Assembly (NCBI GenBank): GCA_963746845.1
Contig: CAVVCZ010000009.1
Coordinates: 1 to 64,000, forward strand
Direction of reading: 5' to 3'
DNA length: 64,000 nt
Origin: an uncultured Chloroflexia bacterium
GTDB lineage: Bacteria; Chloroflexota; Limnocylindria; Limnocylindrales; CSP1-4
The position numbers and the translations under genes were made by a program. Position 1 is the stretch's first letter; the number at the start of each line of letters is the position of its first letter. Below, piece by piece: positions 40,780-51,041 of this stretch. The notes below the pieces were generated by a model, which saw only the letters and a program-made list of their open reading frames with translations, searched no databases and was not told where the DNA came from.

Positions 40780-41961
40780 ATGCCAGAGCTGCCCGACCCA
40801 GCGCCCGCCGAACCTGCACCGTCGACCATCGACGCGGCGGCGCTTGCCGCGGTGGATGCCGCCGCGCGCGCGATCTCCAGCGTCTTCGGGGTCGACGAGG
40901 TGCTGCAGCTGATCGTCGATCGCATCCGGGACCTCGTCGACGCGCGTTATGCCGCCCTCGGGATCGTCGGGCGGGACGGGCGGATCGAGCGGTTCATCAC
41001 CGCGGGCATGGACGCGGAGACGCGCGCGGCGATCGGCGATCTGCCCCAAGGTCGCGGCCTGCTGGGGCTGATCATCCGCGAGAACCGGGCGTACCGGATC
41101 CCGTCGATCGCGGACCATCCCGACTCGTCCGGCTTCCCGCCGAACCACCCGCCGATGACGTCCTTCCTCGGTGTCCCGGTCACGGCCCACGGCGTGTCGG
41201 TCGGCAACCTCTACCTGACGGACAAGCGCGGGGCGGCCGAGTTCTCGCCGGCCGATCAGAGCCTGGTGGAGACGTTCGCCCTCCACGCGGGGATCGCGAT
41301 TGACAACGCCCGTCATCACGCGCAGGCCCAGCGACTGGCCGTCGCCGACGAGCGGGACCGGATCGGTCGGGACCTGCACGACGGGATCATCCAGTCGCTC
41401 TATGCCGTGTCCCTGTCGCTGGAGGACCTTCCGGACCTGATGGCGGAGTCCCCGCCGGAGGCCGAGCGACGGATCGACAGCGCGATCGACGCCCTGAACC
41501 TCGCGATCCGCGACATCCGCAACTTCATCTATGGGCTGCGGCCGGAGGCGGTCGACGGCAGCCAGGTCGTCGCCGGAATCGCGGCGCTGGCCCAGGAGAC
41601 GCGAGACGGGGGTCTGCTCGACGTCGTCGCCGACCTGGATCCGACCGCGGACCCCGGGCTCAGCCCCGAGGAAGGAGGCGAGCTGCTCCAGCTCGTCCGC
41701 GAGGTGCTGAGCAACGCCGCCCGACACGCGAAGGCCCGCCGCATCGAGGTGAGCCTGCGGCGAACCGCCGGCGGGACGGAGCTGGTCATCGCCGACGACG
41801 GGATCGGGTTCGACCCCTCGACCGCGCGCGGCGATGCCCACCATGGCCTGCGCAACATGCGGGTCCGGGCGGAGTCGATCGGTGGCACGCTCGCGGTGGT
41901 GTCCGCCCCGGGCGACGGCACCCGCGTCGAGGTCAGCCTGCCGGCACGCGCTCCGGACTGA
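40780..41961 (+). CDS. GAF-domain sensor histidine kinase (HisKA_3; DevS/DosS-like), no adjacent response regulator
   Basis: ARYAALG, GRGLLG, HPDSSGFPPNHPPMTSFLGVP, GNLYL, ERDRIGRDLHDGIIQSL, SNAARHA, DDGIGF, GLRNMRVRA. Confidence 0.92.
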   Translation: MPELPDPAPAEPAPSTIDAAALAAVDAAARAISSVFGVDEVLQLIVDRIRDLVDARYAALGIVGRDGRIERFITAGMDAETRAAIGDLPQGRGLLGLIIRENRAYRIPSIADHPDSSGFPPNHPPMTSFLGVPVTAHGVSVGNLYLTDKRGAAEFSPADQSLVETFALHAGIAIDNARHHAQAQRLAVADERDRIGRDLHDGIIQSLYAVSLSLEDLPDLMAESPPEAERRIDSAIDALNLAIRDIRNFIYGLRPEAVDGSQVVAGIAALAQETRDGGLLDVVADLDPTADPGLSPEEGGELLQLVREVLSNAARHAKARRIEVSLRRTAGGTELVIADDGIGFDPSTARGDAHHGLRNMRVRAESIGGTLAVVSAPGDGTRVEVSLPARAPD

Positions 41962-41966
41962 GACAC

Positions 41967-42211
41967 GGCCAGATCGTCGTCAGGTGTCGGTTACGAGCCG
42001 GCTTGGCCGAATCGCATGCCAGATCGGCGCCCCGTGACGACAAGGCGGCGTAGGACGGCGGATTCGAGGGCTGTCCGGACCGCTTCGTGCGGGGATCCGC
42101 TGCCGGAGGGTCACGAATCGTCTTCGAGTGTGCCGAGTCGACACGGGCTGACGATCTGTCACCCAATCGCGGGTGTTTCGCGTGTAGTCGTCACTCCACG
42201 TCGATCTGTCA
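41967..42211. repeat. Four-motif palindromic element B (245 bp)
   Basis: Same motif forward at 41967 and 42017, reverse at 42135-42161 and 42185-42211. Same geometry as element A. Confidence 0.8.
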
Positions 42212-42246
42212 GGAGTCGACGATCGGCGAGGCGAGCGGGAACGGGC

Positions 42247-43242
42247 TCAGGTCCGGGCGAGACCCCGACGGCGGATCTCGGCCGAGATCGCGGGCACGAC
42301 CGTGTGGAGGTCGCCGATCACCGCATAGTCGGCGACGCCCATGATCGGAGACTCCGCGTCCGTGTTGATCGCAAGGATGTGTTTCGCTGCCTTGCAGCCG
42401 ACGATGTGCTGGATCGCGCCGCTGATGCCACAGGCGATGTAGAGATCCGGTGCGATCCGCAGGCCCGTCTGGCCGATCTGGTCGCTGTGCGGACGCCAGC
42501 CCGCGCTCGTGACGACGCGCGACCCGCCGACCGCGCCGCCGAGCAGCCCGGCCAGCTCCTCCAGGTCCCCGAACCCCTCGGTGCTGCCGACGCCGCGACC
42601 GCCGCCGACGACAACCCTGGCGTCGGTCAGCGAGATCCGCCCGCGCTCCGACGCCTCGCGGCTCGTGACATGGACCGCCAGGTCGGCCGGGGCCAGGGTC
42701 ACGGCGGCCGCCTCGACGGCCGGCGCCGGCGACGCGTCGGCCTCCGAAACCGCGACGGTGTTCGGTGCCACCGTCAGGAGCGCGGTCGTCGCGTCGAGCC
42801 AGCAGTCCTCGATCAGGCTGCCGGCCCAGCGCTGTCGGCTGAGGCGCCAGCGCTCGCCGGGCTCGACGGCGAGGACATTCGCGGCCATGGGCTGGCCGAG
42901 CCGCGCCGCCACGCGCGCGAGCAGGTCGTTGCCGCGCTCGGTCCCGGTCCCGACGACCGCCGATGCGCCGCGCACCGCAGCGACCTGGGCGATGGCCGCT
43001 GCCCAGCCGTCCGGGTGGTCCGTCGTCAACGCCGCGTCCTCGACGACGATCGCCGTCGCGACCCCGCGACCTGCCAGCGCTCCGGCCGCCACGCGACCGG
43101 CCGCGCCATCGGCAATGACGACGGCCTCGACGACGGACCGTGTCGCCGCCGCGATCCCGCGAGCGATCGCGACTGCCTCCAGCGAGCCGCGGTCCAGCGC
43201 GCCTTCAATTGGCGTCACCAGGGCGAGGACGGGTCCGCTCAT
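42247..43242 (-). CDS. etfA: Electron transfer flavoprotein alpha subunit
   Basis: ARVVVGGGRGVG, VGGSR, QIGQTG, LYIACGISGAIQH, AINTD. ATGA coupling. Confidence 0.93.
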   Translation of the reverse strand: MSGPVLALVTPIEGALDRGSLEAVAIARGIAAATRSVVEAVVIADGAAGRVAAGALAGRGVATAIVVEDAALTTDHPDGWAAAIAQVAAVRGASAVVGTGTERGNDLLARVAARLGQPMAANVLAVEPGERWRLSRQRWAGSLIEDCWLDATTALLTVAPNTVAVSEADASPAPAVEAAAVTLAPADLAVHVTSREASERGRISLTDARVVVGGGRGVGSTEGFGDLEELAGLLGGAVGGSRVVTSAGWRPHSDQIGQTGLRIAPDLYIACGISGAIQHIVGCKAAKHILAINTDAESPIMGVADYAVIGDLHTVVPAISAEIRRRGLART

Positions 43243-44012
43243 CCGTCCAGCACCCCGATCTTCACGAGCATCTCGACGACCGCCGGTGCCGCCTCCGCGC
43301 CCTGCCCGAGGACCGTCGCGGTCGTGACCTCCTCCTGGGGCAGACGGAGGACGATCTTCTCGAGCCCGCCGGGCGCCCACGCGGGAGTCGACCGCTCGAC
43401 CTCCTTCTTCTTCGCCCGGAGCCGGCCCGGGACGGACGGATAGCGCGGGAGGTTGATGCCCTCCTTGACGGACACGACGGCCGGCATCGGCAGCTCGAAC
43501 GATTCCCAGCCGCCCCCGACCGCCTCCCGCCGGGCGGTCGCGGTCCCGTCGGCCAGACGGATCGCCTTCGCCCCGGTCACGCATGGCCGGCCGAGCGCGG
43601 CCGCCACCCGGATCCCGACCTGGAAGCCGCCGCTGTCGGCGGACTCGTTGCCGAAGAGGATCAGGTCGAACGGGCCGGCGGCCGCCTCCTGCGCGCGGAT
43701 CGACGCGACGATCGCCTCGGCCGTCGCGACCGGGTCCCAGTCCCGTCCGTCGGTCTCGAGCAGGACCGCCCGCTCGATCCCGATCGCCATCGCGTCGCGG
43801 AGCTGCTCCTCGGCCTCGGCGGGACCCAGGGTCAGCACCGTCGTCGTGCCGCCCTGCGCCTCGACGATCCGGACGGCCTCCTCGACCGCGCACTCCTCGT
43901 GCGGGCTGATCGTGAACCCGAGATAGCGGGTGTCGATGTCGGAGCCGTCCGGGGTGAGAACGATCCGCCCGCCCGTCGCGGGGACGCGCTTGACGCAGAC
44001 GAGGATGTTCAC
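43239..44012 (-). CDS. etfB: Electron transfer flavoprotein beta subunit
   Basis: ILVCVKRVP, AVEEAVR, LTLGP, DLILFGNESADSGGFQVG, NLPRYP. GTG 44012. Confidence 0.93.
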   Translation of the reverse strand: MNILVCVKRVPATGGRIVLTPDGSDIDTRYLGFTISPHEECAVEEAVRIVEAQGGTTTVLTLGPAEAEEQLRDAMAIGIERAVLLETDGRDWDPVATAEAIVASIRAQEAAAGPFDLILFGNESADSGGFQVGIRVAAALGRPCVTGAKAIRLADGTATARREAVGGGWESFELPMPAVVSVKEGINLPRYPSVPGRLRAKKKEVERSTPAWAPGGLEKIVLRLPQEEVTTATVLGQGAEAAPAVVEMLVKIGVLDG

Positions 44013-44019
44013 CGGCGCC

Positions 44020-46542
44020 TCAGGACCGGATCCGGCTGTTCTCGGGGTCGAACAACGGGGTGGCGCCGGCAACGGCGACGGAGACCGGATAGCGCTCGCC
44101 GAAATACTCGACCGCGAGCTTCGTCCCTTCGACCGCCTGCGCGGGCGGCAGGTACGCCATGAGCAGATGCTTCCCGACCGACGGGCCGGACCCGGCGCTC
44201 GTCACATACGAGCGGCGGCCCCTGGCGTCGACGAGCGGCTCGCCGTCCGGCGTCAGGATCGGCTCGCGCCCGAGCATGTAGCGCTTCACGCCCGTCGACG
44301 AGGTCGGATCGTCGACGGTCAGGGTGCACAGGACCGCGGCCGGCGCCTCGGCCCGCTGGCGCTCGTAGGCGGTGCGCCCGACGAAGTCGGCGTCCTTCAG
44401 CGTCGGCCGAGCCATGCCGGCCTCGACGAGGTCGAAGTCCAGCTCGAGCTCCGCGCCGTGGGCCCGATAGCCCTTCTCGAGACGGGAGGTGACGGCGTAC
44501 GTCCCGATCCCGACGGCCGCCAGGCCGTGCTCCCCGCCGGCGCGCCAGAGCGCGTCCCAGACCCGCAGCCCCTGCTCGATCGGGACGTAGATCTCCCAGC
44601 CGAGCTCGCCGACATAGCTGATCCGCGACGCGAGCGTCCTGACGCCATCGATGTCGACGGTCTTCGAGCTGAGGAACGGGAAGCCCTTGTGGCTGATGTC
44701 GACACTCCCGTCGGCGGCCGCGCCGAGGATGTCGCGGGCCCGCGGGCCCCACAGCCCGAACGTCGTGAAGGCGTTCGTGACGTCGTGGAGCTGGGCGGTC
44801 CCGTCCCCGGGCATGGCGTCCTCGAAGATCTTCCGGTCGCGCATGCCCATGCCGCCGCCGGTCACGACCCGGAACCGCTCGTCGCCGAGGCGCATGATCG
44901 TGAGGTCCGCGAGGATCCCGCCGGCGGGGTTGAGGAGCGGGGTGTAGACGGTTCGGCCGACCGCCACGTCGACCTTGTTCACGCACAGCCGCTCGAGGGC
45001 CGCGAGGGCGCCCGGCCCGGTGACGTCGAAGATCGCGAACGCCGACAGGTCGACCAGGCCGGCCCGGTCGCGCATCGCGAGATGCTCGGCGTTGATGATC
45101 GGCGACCACCAGCGCGACTCCCACTCCGCCTGGCGCGGCATGACCAGATCGCCGTACTCGCCCAGCAGCCGCTCGTTCGTGCCGTACCAGAACGGCCGCT
45201 CCCAGCCGGCGGCCTCGAAGAAGACCGCGCCGAGCTCGACGTGGCGGTCGTACGCGGGCGAGAGCCGGATCGGCCGGTTCGAGGCCCACTGCTCCATCGG
45301 GTGGACGATGCCGTAGGTCTTGTTGTAGCCCTCGATCGCGCGGGCGGCGATGTGCTGGGCCGTCTTGTGATGGTCGTAGAAGCGGGCGATGTCCGAGCCG
45401 TGCGGATCGATCTCCGGCTCGTCGTTCGTCATCCACTCGGCGACGGTCTTGGCGATCCCCGGCGCCTCCTTGATCCAGACCGCCGCCACGGACCAGAGGT
45501 TCTTGACCTCCGGCGTCTCGCCGATGATCGGGTTGCCGTCCGGCGTCAGCGACAACAGGCCGTTGATCGCGAGCTTCACCCCGGCCCGCTCGTCGCCGAC
45601 GATCTCCGGGAACAGCTCGAGCGAGTCCTCCAGCTGCGGGTCGAAGTCCTCCTGCGTGAACGGCAGCATCGTCGGGGACAGGGCGGACGCCGCGATCGAC
45701 GGGATGTCGTCGGCATCCATCAGGATGGCCCGGTGGGCGTACGAGCCGATCTCGAAGCCCGTCCCGTGCTGCCGCTCGTACATGTTCGTGTCCATGTCCC
45801 GGATGATCGGGAAGCCGACGTCCCCGGTCGTGTGCTCGAACCGCTCGACCGGCCCGATGTCGATCATCTGGTGGACCGCAGGCGTCAGCGGGATCGAGGC
45901 GCCGGCCATCTTCGCGATCCGCGGGCTCCAGACGCCGCAGGCGATCACGACGACCTCCGATTCGATCGTCCCGGCGTCCGTGTGGACGCGGCGGACCTTG
46001 CCGCCCTCGACGTCGACCCCGGTGACCTCGACACCGCTGGCGACCGTCAGGGCGCCCAGCTCCTGGGCCTTCTGGCGCATCAGGGTCCCCGCCTGGAGCG
46101 AATCGACGACGCCGACGGCCGGCGTGTAGAAGCCGCCGAGGATCACGGTCTCGTCGATGAACGGGATGAACGCCTTGACCTCGGCCGGGGTCAGCAGCCG
46201 TGCCTCGACGCCCCACGACGTCGACGACGCCATCCGGCGCTTCAGCTCCTCCATCCGCTCGGGCGTCCGGGCGACCTCGATGCCGCCGGTCTCGCTGTAG
46301 ACGCCGAGCTCGCGGTACTGGCGGGCGCTCTCCAGCGTGAACGCCGCCATCTCCTTGCTGTGGTCGGTGAGGAAGATGAAGTTCGAGGCGTGGCCGGTCG
46401 AGCCGCCCGGGTTCGGCAGGACCCCCTTCTCGACGAGGACGATGTCGCGCCAGCCCAGGCGGGCGAGGTGCCAGGCCATGCTGTTGCCGACGATGCCGGC
46501 ACCGATGATGACGACGCGTGCCTGCGTCGGGACCGAACTCAT
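44020..46542 (-). CDS. FAD-dependent dimethylglycine/sarcosine dehydrogenase-family protein (DAO + GcvT domains)
   Basis: VVIIGAGIVG, GSTGHAS (flavinylation His), TPDGNPIIG, GWERP, RISYVGELGWE, RLEKGY. Co-transcribed with etfBA. Confidence 0.9.
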   Translation of the reverse strand: MSSVPTQARVVIIGAGIVGNSMAWHLARLGWRDIVLVEKGVLPNPGGSTGHASNFIFLTDHSKEMAAFTLESARQYRELGVYSETGGIEVARTPERMEELKRRMASSTSWGVEARLLTPAEVKAFIPFIDETVILGGFYTPAVGVVDSLQAGTLMRQKAQELGALTVASGVEVTGVDVEGGKVRRVHTDAGTIESEVVVIACGVWSPRIAKMAGASIPLTPAVHQMIDIGPVERFEHTTGDVGFPIIRDMDTNMYERQHGTGFEIGSYAHRAILMDADDIPSIAASALSPTMLPFTQEDFDPQLEDSLELFPEIVGDERAGVKLAINGLLSLTPDGNPIIGETPEVKNLWSVAAVWIKEAPGIAKTVAEWMTNDEPEIDPHGSDIARFYDHHKTAQHIAARAIEGYNKTYGIVHPMEQWASNRPIRLSPAYDRHVELGAVFFEAAGWERPFWYGTNERLLGEYGDLVMPRQAEWESRWWSPIINAEHLAMRDRAGLVDLSAFAIFDVTGPGALAALERLCVNKVDVAVGRTVYTPLLNPAGGILADLTIMRLGDERFRVVTGGGMGMRDRKIFEDAMPGDGTAQLHDVTNAFTTFGLWGPRARDILGAAADGSVDISHKGFPFLSSKTVDIDGVRTLASRISYVGELGWEIYVPIEQGLRVWDALWRAGGEHGLAAVGIGTYAVTSRLEKGYRAHGAELELDFDLVEAGMARPTLKDADFVGRTAYERQRAEAPAAVLCTLTVDDPTSSTGVKRYMLGREPILTPDGEPLVDARGRRSYVTSAGSGPSVGKHLLMAYLPPAQAVEGTKLAVEYFGERYPVSVAVAGATPLFDPENSRIRS

Positions 46543-46661
46543 CTCGCGTCTCCGCCGTGGTGGATCGGGGTGGCCCATCGTAGCGCCCGCGACCTGTCCC
46601 CCGCGGGCGTGTTGGTGTACCGTCGCCCGCACGTCGCGCTGCACCGATCAGGAGCCTGCCC

Positions 46662-47909
46662 GTGACCACCGTCGCCGAGCCCGGCACCGTCGTCTCCGGC
46701 ACATCCACGGTTGCCTCAGAGGCGAAGTCCGTCGAGCCGACGATCTCGGTCGTCGGTCTGTGGAAGGTGTTCGGAGCGGCCGAGCCGCAGCTGACCGACC
46801 GATATCCCACGACCCCGTCCCGCGAGGTGATCGAAAAGGACGTCGAGGAGTACGGCGGCACGATCGCGGTCGATAACGTCTCGTTCGACATCAAGCCGGG
46901 CGAGGTCTTCGTCGTCATGGGCCTGTCGGGCAGTGGCAAGAGCACGCTGGTCCGATGCCTGACTCGGCTGATCGAGCCGACCTTCGGAGAGGTCCGCTTC
47001 GACGGCGAGGACGTCAGGAAGGCAAGCGCCGAGCGGCTGCGCGAGCTCCGCCGCCGACGGTTCTCGATGGTCTTCCAGAACTTCGGCCTGTTGCCGCACC
47101 GGCGCGTCCTGGAGAACATCGCGTTCGGGCTGGAGCTCCGCGGGGAGAAGAAGTCGAGCCGCCTGGAGAGAGCGCGGCAGATGCTCGAGCTGGTCGGCAT
47201 GAAGGGGATGGGCGATCGCTATCCGGACGAGCTGTCCGGCGGGCAGCAGCAGCGTGTCGGGTTGGCGCGCGCGCTCGCGGGTGACCCCGAGGTCATGCTC
47301 CTGGACGAGCCGTTCAGCGCCCTCGACCCCCTGATCCGCCGCGACATGCAGAACGAGATCATCCGGCTCCATCGCGAGCTCGGGAAGACGATGGTCTTCA
47401 TCACCCATGACCTCGCAGAGGCCCTGAAGCTCGGAGATCACGTCCTGATCATGCGCAACGGCAAGGTGATCCAGATCGGATCGCCGGAGGAGCTCGTTGC
47501 GCGGCCCGCCGATGCCTATGTCGAGGACTTTGTCCGGGACATCGCGAAGAGCCACGTCCTGACGCTGCGCTGGATCATGCGCGACCCGATGCCGGACGAT
47601 CCGCTCGACGGACCGGCCTTTCCGCCGGACACGATCATCCGGAACGCCCTCCACGCTTCGGCCGCGACCGAGAAGCCGATCCGCGTCATTGACGGCGACC
47701 GGCTCGTGGGCATCGTCGATCGTGCCCGGATCCTCGAGTCCGTGGCAGGCGGCGAGGAGACGCGGGGCATCGACCACACGGACGGGATCGCCGGGCCCCC
47801 GCCATCGGCGGCGTCCGTGGGCATCGGGGTGGACGATCCATTCGACGCCAGTGCGGAGTACCTGGCCGACGCGGTCGTGAATCGGCAGTCGCCGCCCCCT
47901 GCCCCATGA
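46662..47909 (+). CDS. proV: Glycine betaine/proline ABC transporter ATP-binding protein
   Basis: [54 protein letters not shown]. Confidence 0.92.
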   Translation: MTTVAEPGTVVSGTSTVASEAKSVEPTISVVGLWKVFGAAEPQLTDRYPTTPSREVIEKDVEEYGGTIAVDNVSFDIKPGEVFVVMGLSGSGKSTLVRCLTRLIEPTFGEVRFDGEDVRKASAERLRELRRRRFSMVFQNFGLLPHRRVLENIAFGLELRGEKKSSRLERARQMLELVGMKGMGDRYPDELSGGQQQRVGLARALAGDPEVMLLDEPFSALDPLIRRDMQNEIIRLHRELGKTMVFITHDLAEALKLGDHVLIMRNGKVIQIGSPEELVARPADAYVEDFVRDIAKSHVLTLRWIMRDPMPDDPLDGPAFPPDTIIRNALHASAATEKPIRVIDGDRLVGIVDRARILESVAGGEETRGIDHTDGIAGPPPSAASVGIGVDDPFDASAEYLADAVVNRQSPPPAP

Positions 47910-49855
47910 CCGCGGTCGGCCTGCCCGCACGTGCGAGCCTCGACCCACGCACGATCCGGCGCGTCGGCCTCGCGGTCATGGTCGCGCTGGCGATCCTGCT
48001 GTTCCTCGTCTTTCGCGGGACCTGGACGCTTCCGGCAGACTCGGAATGGCCGGTCTTTGGGGCCCTGACGCAGGTCCGCGACCAGATCCGCGACGATCGA
48101 CCCCCGGTCCTCGAGGCCATCGGGGCCATCCGCTTCCCGATCCGATCCCTCACGGAGGGGCTGATCGGCGCGCTGGACTACATCGGCTGGCTCGGCATCG
48201 TCGGGATCGGTGTGACGCTCGGCTGGCTCAGCGGCGGCTGGAAGCTCGCGCTGCTCGTCTTCAGCGGGCTCATGGTCCTCGGCGCGCTCGGTCTCTGGGA
48301 GCTGAGCATGGCGACCCTCGGGCTGACGCTGTCGGCCGTGATCATCTCGCTCGCGATCGGAATCCCGGTCGGGATCATCGCGGCCCGCAACAACCGCGTC
48401 CAGGCTGTGATCAACCCGATCCTCGACTTCATGCAGATCATGCCAACGTTCGCCTACCTCGCGCCGCTCGCCCTGATCTTCGGGATCGGCCTGGGGTCGG
48501 CGGTGATCCTGACCTTCATCTACGCGGTGCCCGCAGCCATCCGCATCACGTCGCTGGGGATCCGGCGCGTGCCGGCCTCGACCATCGAGGCGGCGCGATC
48601 GCTTGGCGCGACGAACTGGCAGGTGCTCCGGAAGGTCCAGCTGCCCCTGTCCCGCCGGGTCCTCGGCCTGGCTGTCAACCAGACGATCATGCTGGCCCTC
48701 GGGATGGTCGTCATCGCCGTCCTCGTCGACGCTCCGGGGCTTGGCGTGCCGATCTACCGCGCTCTGACCCAGGGCAATGTCGGAGTCGCGTTCGAGGCGG
48801 GGCTTGCGATCGTGATCCTCGCGATCCTCCTCGACCGGCTGACCGAGCAGGCGAGCGCGGCGCTGGATGCCCGGCCCGAGCCCGGCAAGCACGTCGATCG
48901 TGCGACCGAGGGACGCCGACGCCGGAACCGGCTGATCGTGGCGACCGGGATCATTGTGGTGTCCGTCGGGATCAGCCTCCAGATCGACCCGAATTTCCCG
49001 AACGCCATCGATCTGACATTCGCCCAGCCGATCAACACCGTCGTGGGCTGGATCAAGTCGAACCTGTCTGCCGTCACCGAAGGCATTCGCACGGTGTTCA
49101 CGGTCGTCCTGATCAACCCCCTCCAGGAGATCCTGACGACCAGCCCCTGGTGGCTCGTCATTGCGACGATCGCCGGCATCGCCGTGTTCATCTCGGGGAT
49201 GCGTGCAGCGATGGTGGCCCTCCTCGCCCTGCTCGCCATCGCCGCGCTCGGACTCTGGGAGGACGCGATGGTGACGTTGACCAGCGTCCTCGTCGCGATC
49301 CTCCTGACGCTCGCGACCGGCGTCCTCGTCGGCATCCTGTGCGCCCGGAGCAACCGGATGTCCGCCGGGATCCGGCCGTTCCTGGACTTCGCTCAGACGA
49401 TGCCGGCGCTCGTCTACCTGATCCCGGCGCTTGCGCTCTTCGGGCCGACCCGGTTCACCGCGATCGTGGCGGCGCTGATCTACGCCGTTCCGCCGGTGGT
49501 TCGGCTGGTCGAGGCGGGGTTGCGCGCCGTGCCTCCCACGCTCGTCGAGGCGTCAACCGCCTTTGGCGCGACCGAGCGGCAGGTGCTGTACAAGGTTCGC
49601 CTCCCGGTCTCGGCGCCCGCGCTCCTCCTCGCCGCGAACCAGGGCATCGTGATGGTCCTCGCCATGGTGGTCGTCGGAGCACTGGTCGGTGCGGGCGCGC
49701 TCGGGTACGACGTGCTCGCCGGCCTCGCCCAGAGCGAGGATTTCGGCAAGGGGTTCGCGGCGGCGGTGGCGATCGTTCTCCTCGGCATCATGCTCGACCG
49801 GATCACGCAGGGAGCCGTGGCACAGCGGCGGGACCTGCGGCTAGCAGGTGGCTGA
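47906..49855 (+). CDS. proW: Glycine betaine ABC transporter permease with two fused ProW-type domains
   Basis: Two copies of PxLDFxQxMPxxxYLxP..EAxxxxGA..KVxLP..NQ. Confidence 0.9.
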   Translation: MTAVGLPARASLDPRTIRRVGLAVMVALAILLFLVFRGTWTLPADSEWPVFGALTQVRDQIRDDRPPVLEAIGAIRFPIRSLTEGLIGALDYIGWLGIVGIGVTLGWLSGGWKLALLVFSGLMVLGALGLWELSMATLGLTLSAVIISLAIGIPVGIIAARNNRVQAVINPILDFMQIMPTFAYLAPLALIFGIGLGSAVILTFIYAVPAAIRITSLGIRRVPASTIEAARSLGATNWQVLRKVQLPLSRRVLGLAVNQTIMLALGMVVIAVLVDAPGLGVPIYRALTQGNVGVAFEAGLAIVILAILLDRLTEQASAALDARPEPGKHVDRATEGRRRRNRLIVATGIIVVSVGISLQIDPNFPNAIDLTFAQPINTVVGWIKSNLSAVTEGIRTVFTVVLINPLQEILTTSPWWLVIATIAGIAVFISGMRAAMVALLALLAIAALGLWEDAMVTLTSVLVAILLTLATGVLVGILCARSNRMSAGIRPFLDFAQTMPALVYLIPALALFGPTRFTAIVAALIYAVPPVVRLVEAGLRAVPPTLVEASTAFGATERQVLYKVRLPVSAPALLLAANQGIVMVLAMVVVGALVGAGALGYDVLAGLAQSEDFGKGFAAAVAIVLLGIMLDRITQGAVAQRRDLRLAGG

Positions 49856-50014
49856 ACGTCCGGGGGACAGCCGACGCAACGCAGTTGCGCGGGAGTTGCC
49901 GCGATGGCGCATCATGCGCGCGCACACCGCGGCGCGGGCAACGTGCCCGGACGCCGGGCCGCGCCTGCCGAACGGGACCGACAGGCGAGCCGGGGGGAGT
50001 ACGAGGAGGACAAC

Positions 50015-51041
50015 GTGAGGAGAACGAGCAGTCCGCGCCTACGGGTCGCTGCCCTCGCCGCGATGGCGGCCATCGCCTTCTCGGCGTGCAGTGGCCGCGG
50101 CGGAGCGACGACTGAACCGGCCGCGAGCACGGGCTCCGCCCCGAGCGGGGCCGCATCAAGCGGGGCCGCTCCGAGCACGGCCGCCGGCGGCGGCACGATG
50201 AACCTTGCGATCAACCCTTGGGTCGGCTACGAGGCGGACGCTGCGGTGGTCGGCTATCTCGCGAAGAGCAAGCTCGGGGCCACCGTTAACGAGAAGAACC
50301 TGAAGGAGGAGATCTCCTGGCAGGGCTTCGAGAGCGGCGACGTCGACGTGATCCTCGAGAACTGGGGCCACGCCGACCTGGCCAAGACGTACATCGACGA
50401 CAAGAAGGTCGCGCTGGACGCCGGGCCGACAGGGAACAAGGGCATCATCGGCTGGTACGTCCCGCCGTGGCTCGCCACGGCGCACCCGGACATCCTGGAC
50501 TGGAACAACCTGAACAAGTACGCCGATCAGTTCAAGACGACGGAGTCCGGCAACAAGGGTCAGCTCCTCGATGGCGACCCGAGCTACGTCACCAACGACG
50601 AAGCGCTGGTGTCGAACCTCAAGCTCAACTACAAGGTCGTCTACGCCGGCAGCGAGAACGCGCTCATCGAGGCATTCCGCCAGGCGGAGCAGCAGAAGAA
50701 GTGGGTGATCGGCTACTTCTACGAGCCGCAGTGGTTCCTCGCCGAGGTGCCGCTCGTCCGGGTCAAGCTGCCGGCCTACACGGCCGGCTGCGATGCCGAC
50801 CCGAAGAAGGTCGCCTGCGATTACCCGGACTACATCCTCAACAAGGTCGTCAGCAAGAAGTTCTGCCGACACTGGCGGGGGCCTCTGGACGTTCGTGAAG
50901 AACTTCAGCTGGACAACGAGGACCAGAACTCGGTCGCGGCCTCGATCAACGGCGGGATGTCGCACGACGACGCCGCCAAGCAGTGGATCGACGCGCATCC
51001 CGACGTGGCCGGCGTGGATCCCCGCGTCGCTAGATCGATGA
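50015..51041 (+). CDS. proX: Glycine betaine ABC transporter substrate-binding lipoprotein (indels near 50864, 50913 and 51003)
   Basis: SD GAGGAGG, lipobox FSAC, NPWVGY, LENW, IIGWYVP, GDPSYVT, YFYEPQW, CDYP. Compensating indel pair, then true C-terminus (..WPAWIPAS) in another frame. Confidence 0.85.

Noticed and set aside
38612-42211. CRISPR array or integron attC interpretation of the 50-bp-spaced motifs
   Set aside because: Only two direct copies per arm, then an inversion. The copies are too degenerate, there is no cas or integrase gene, and no RYYYAAC/GTTRRRY ends.
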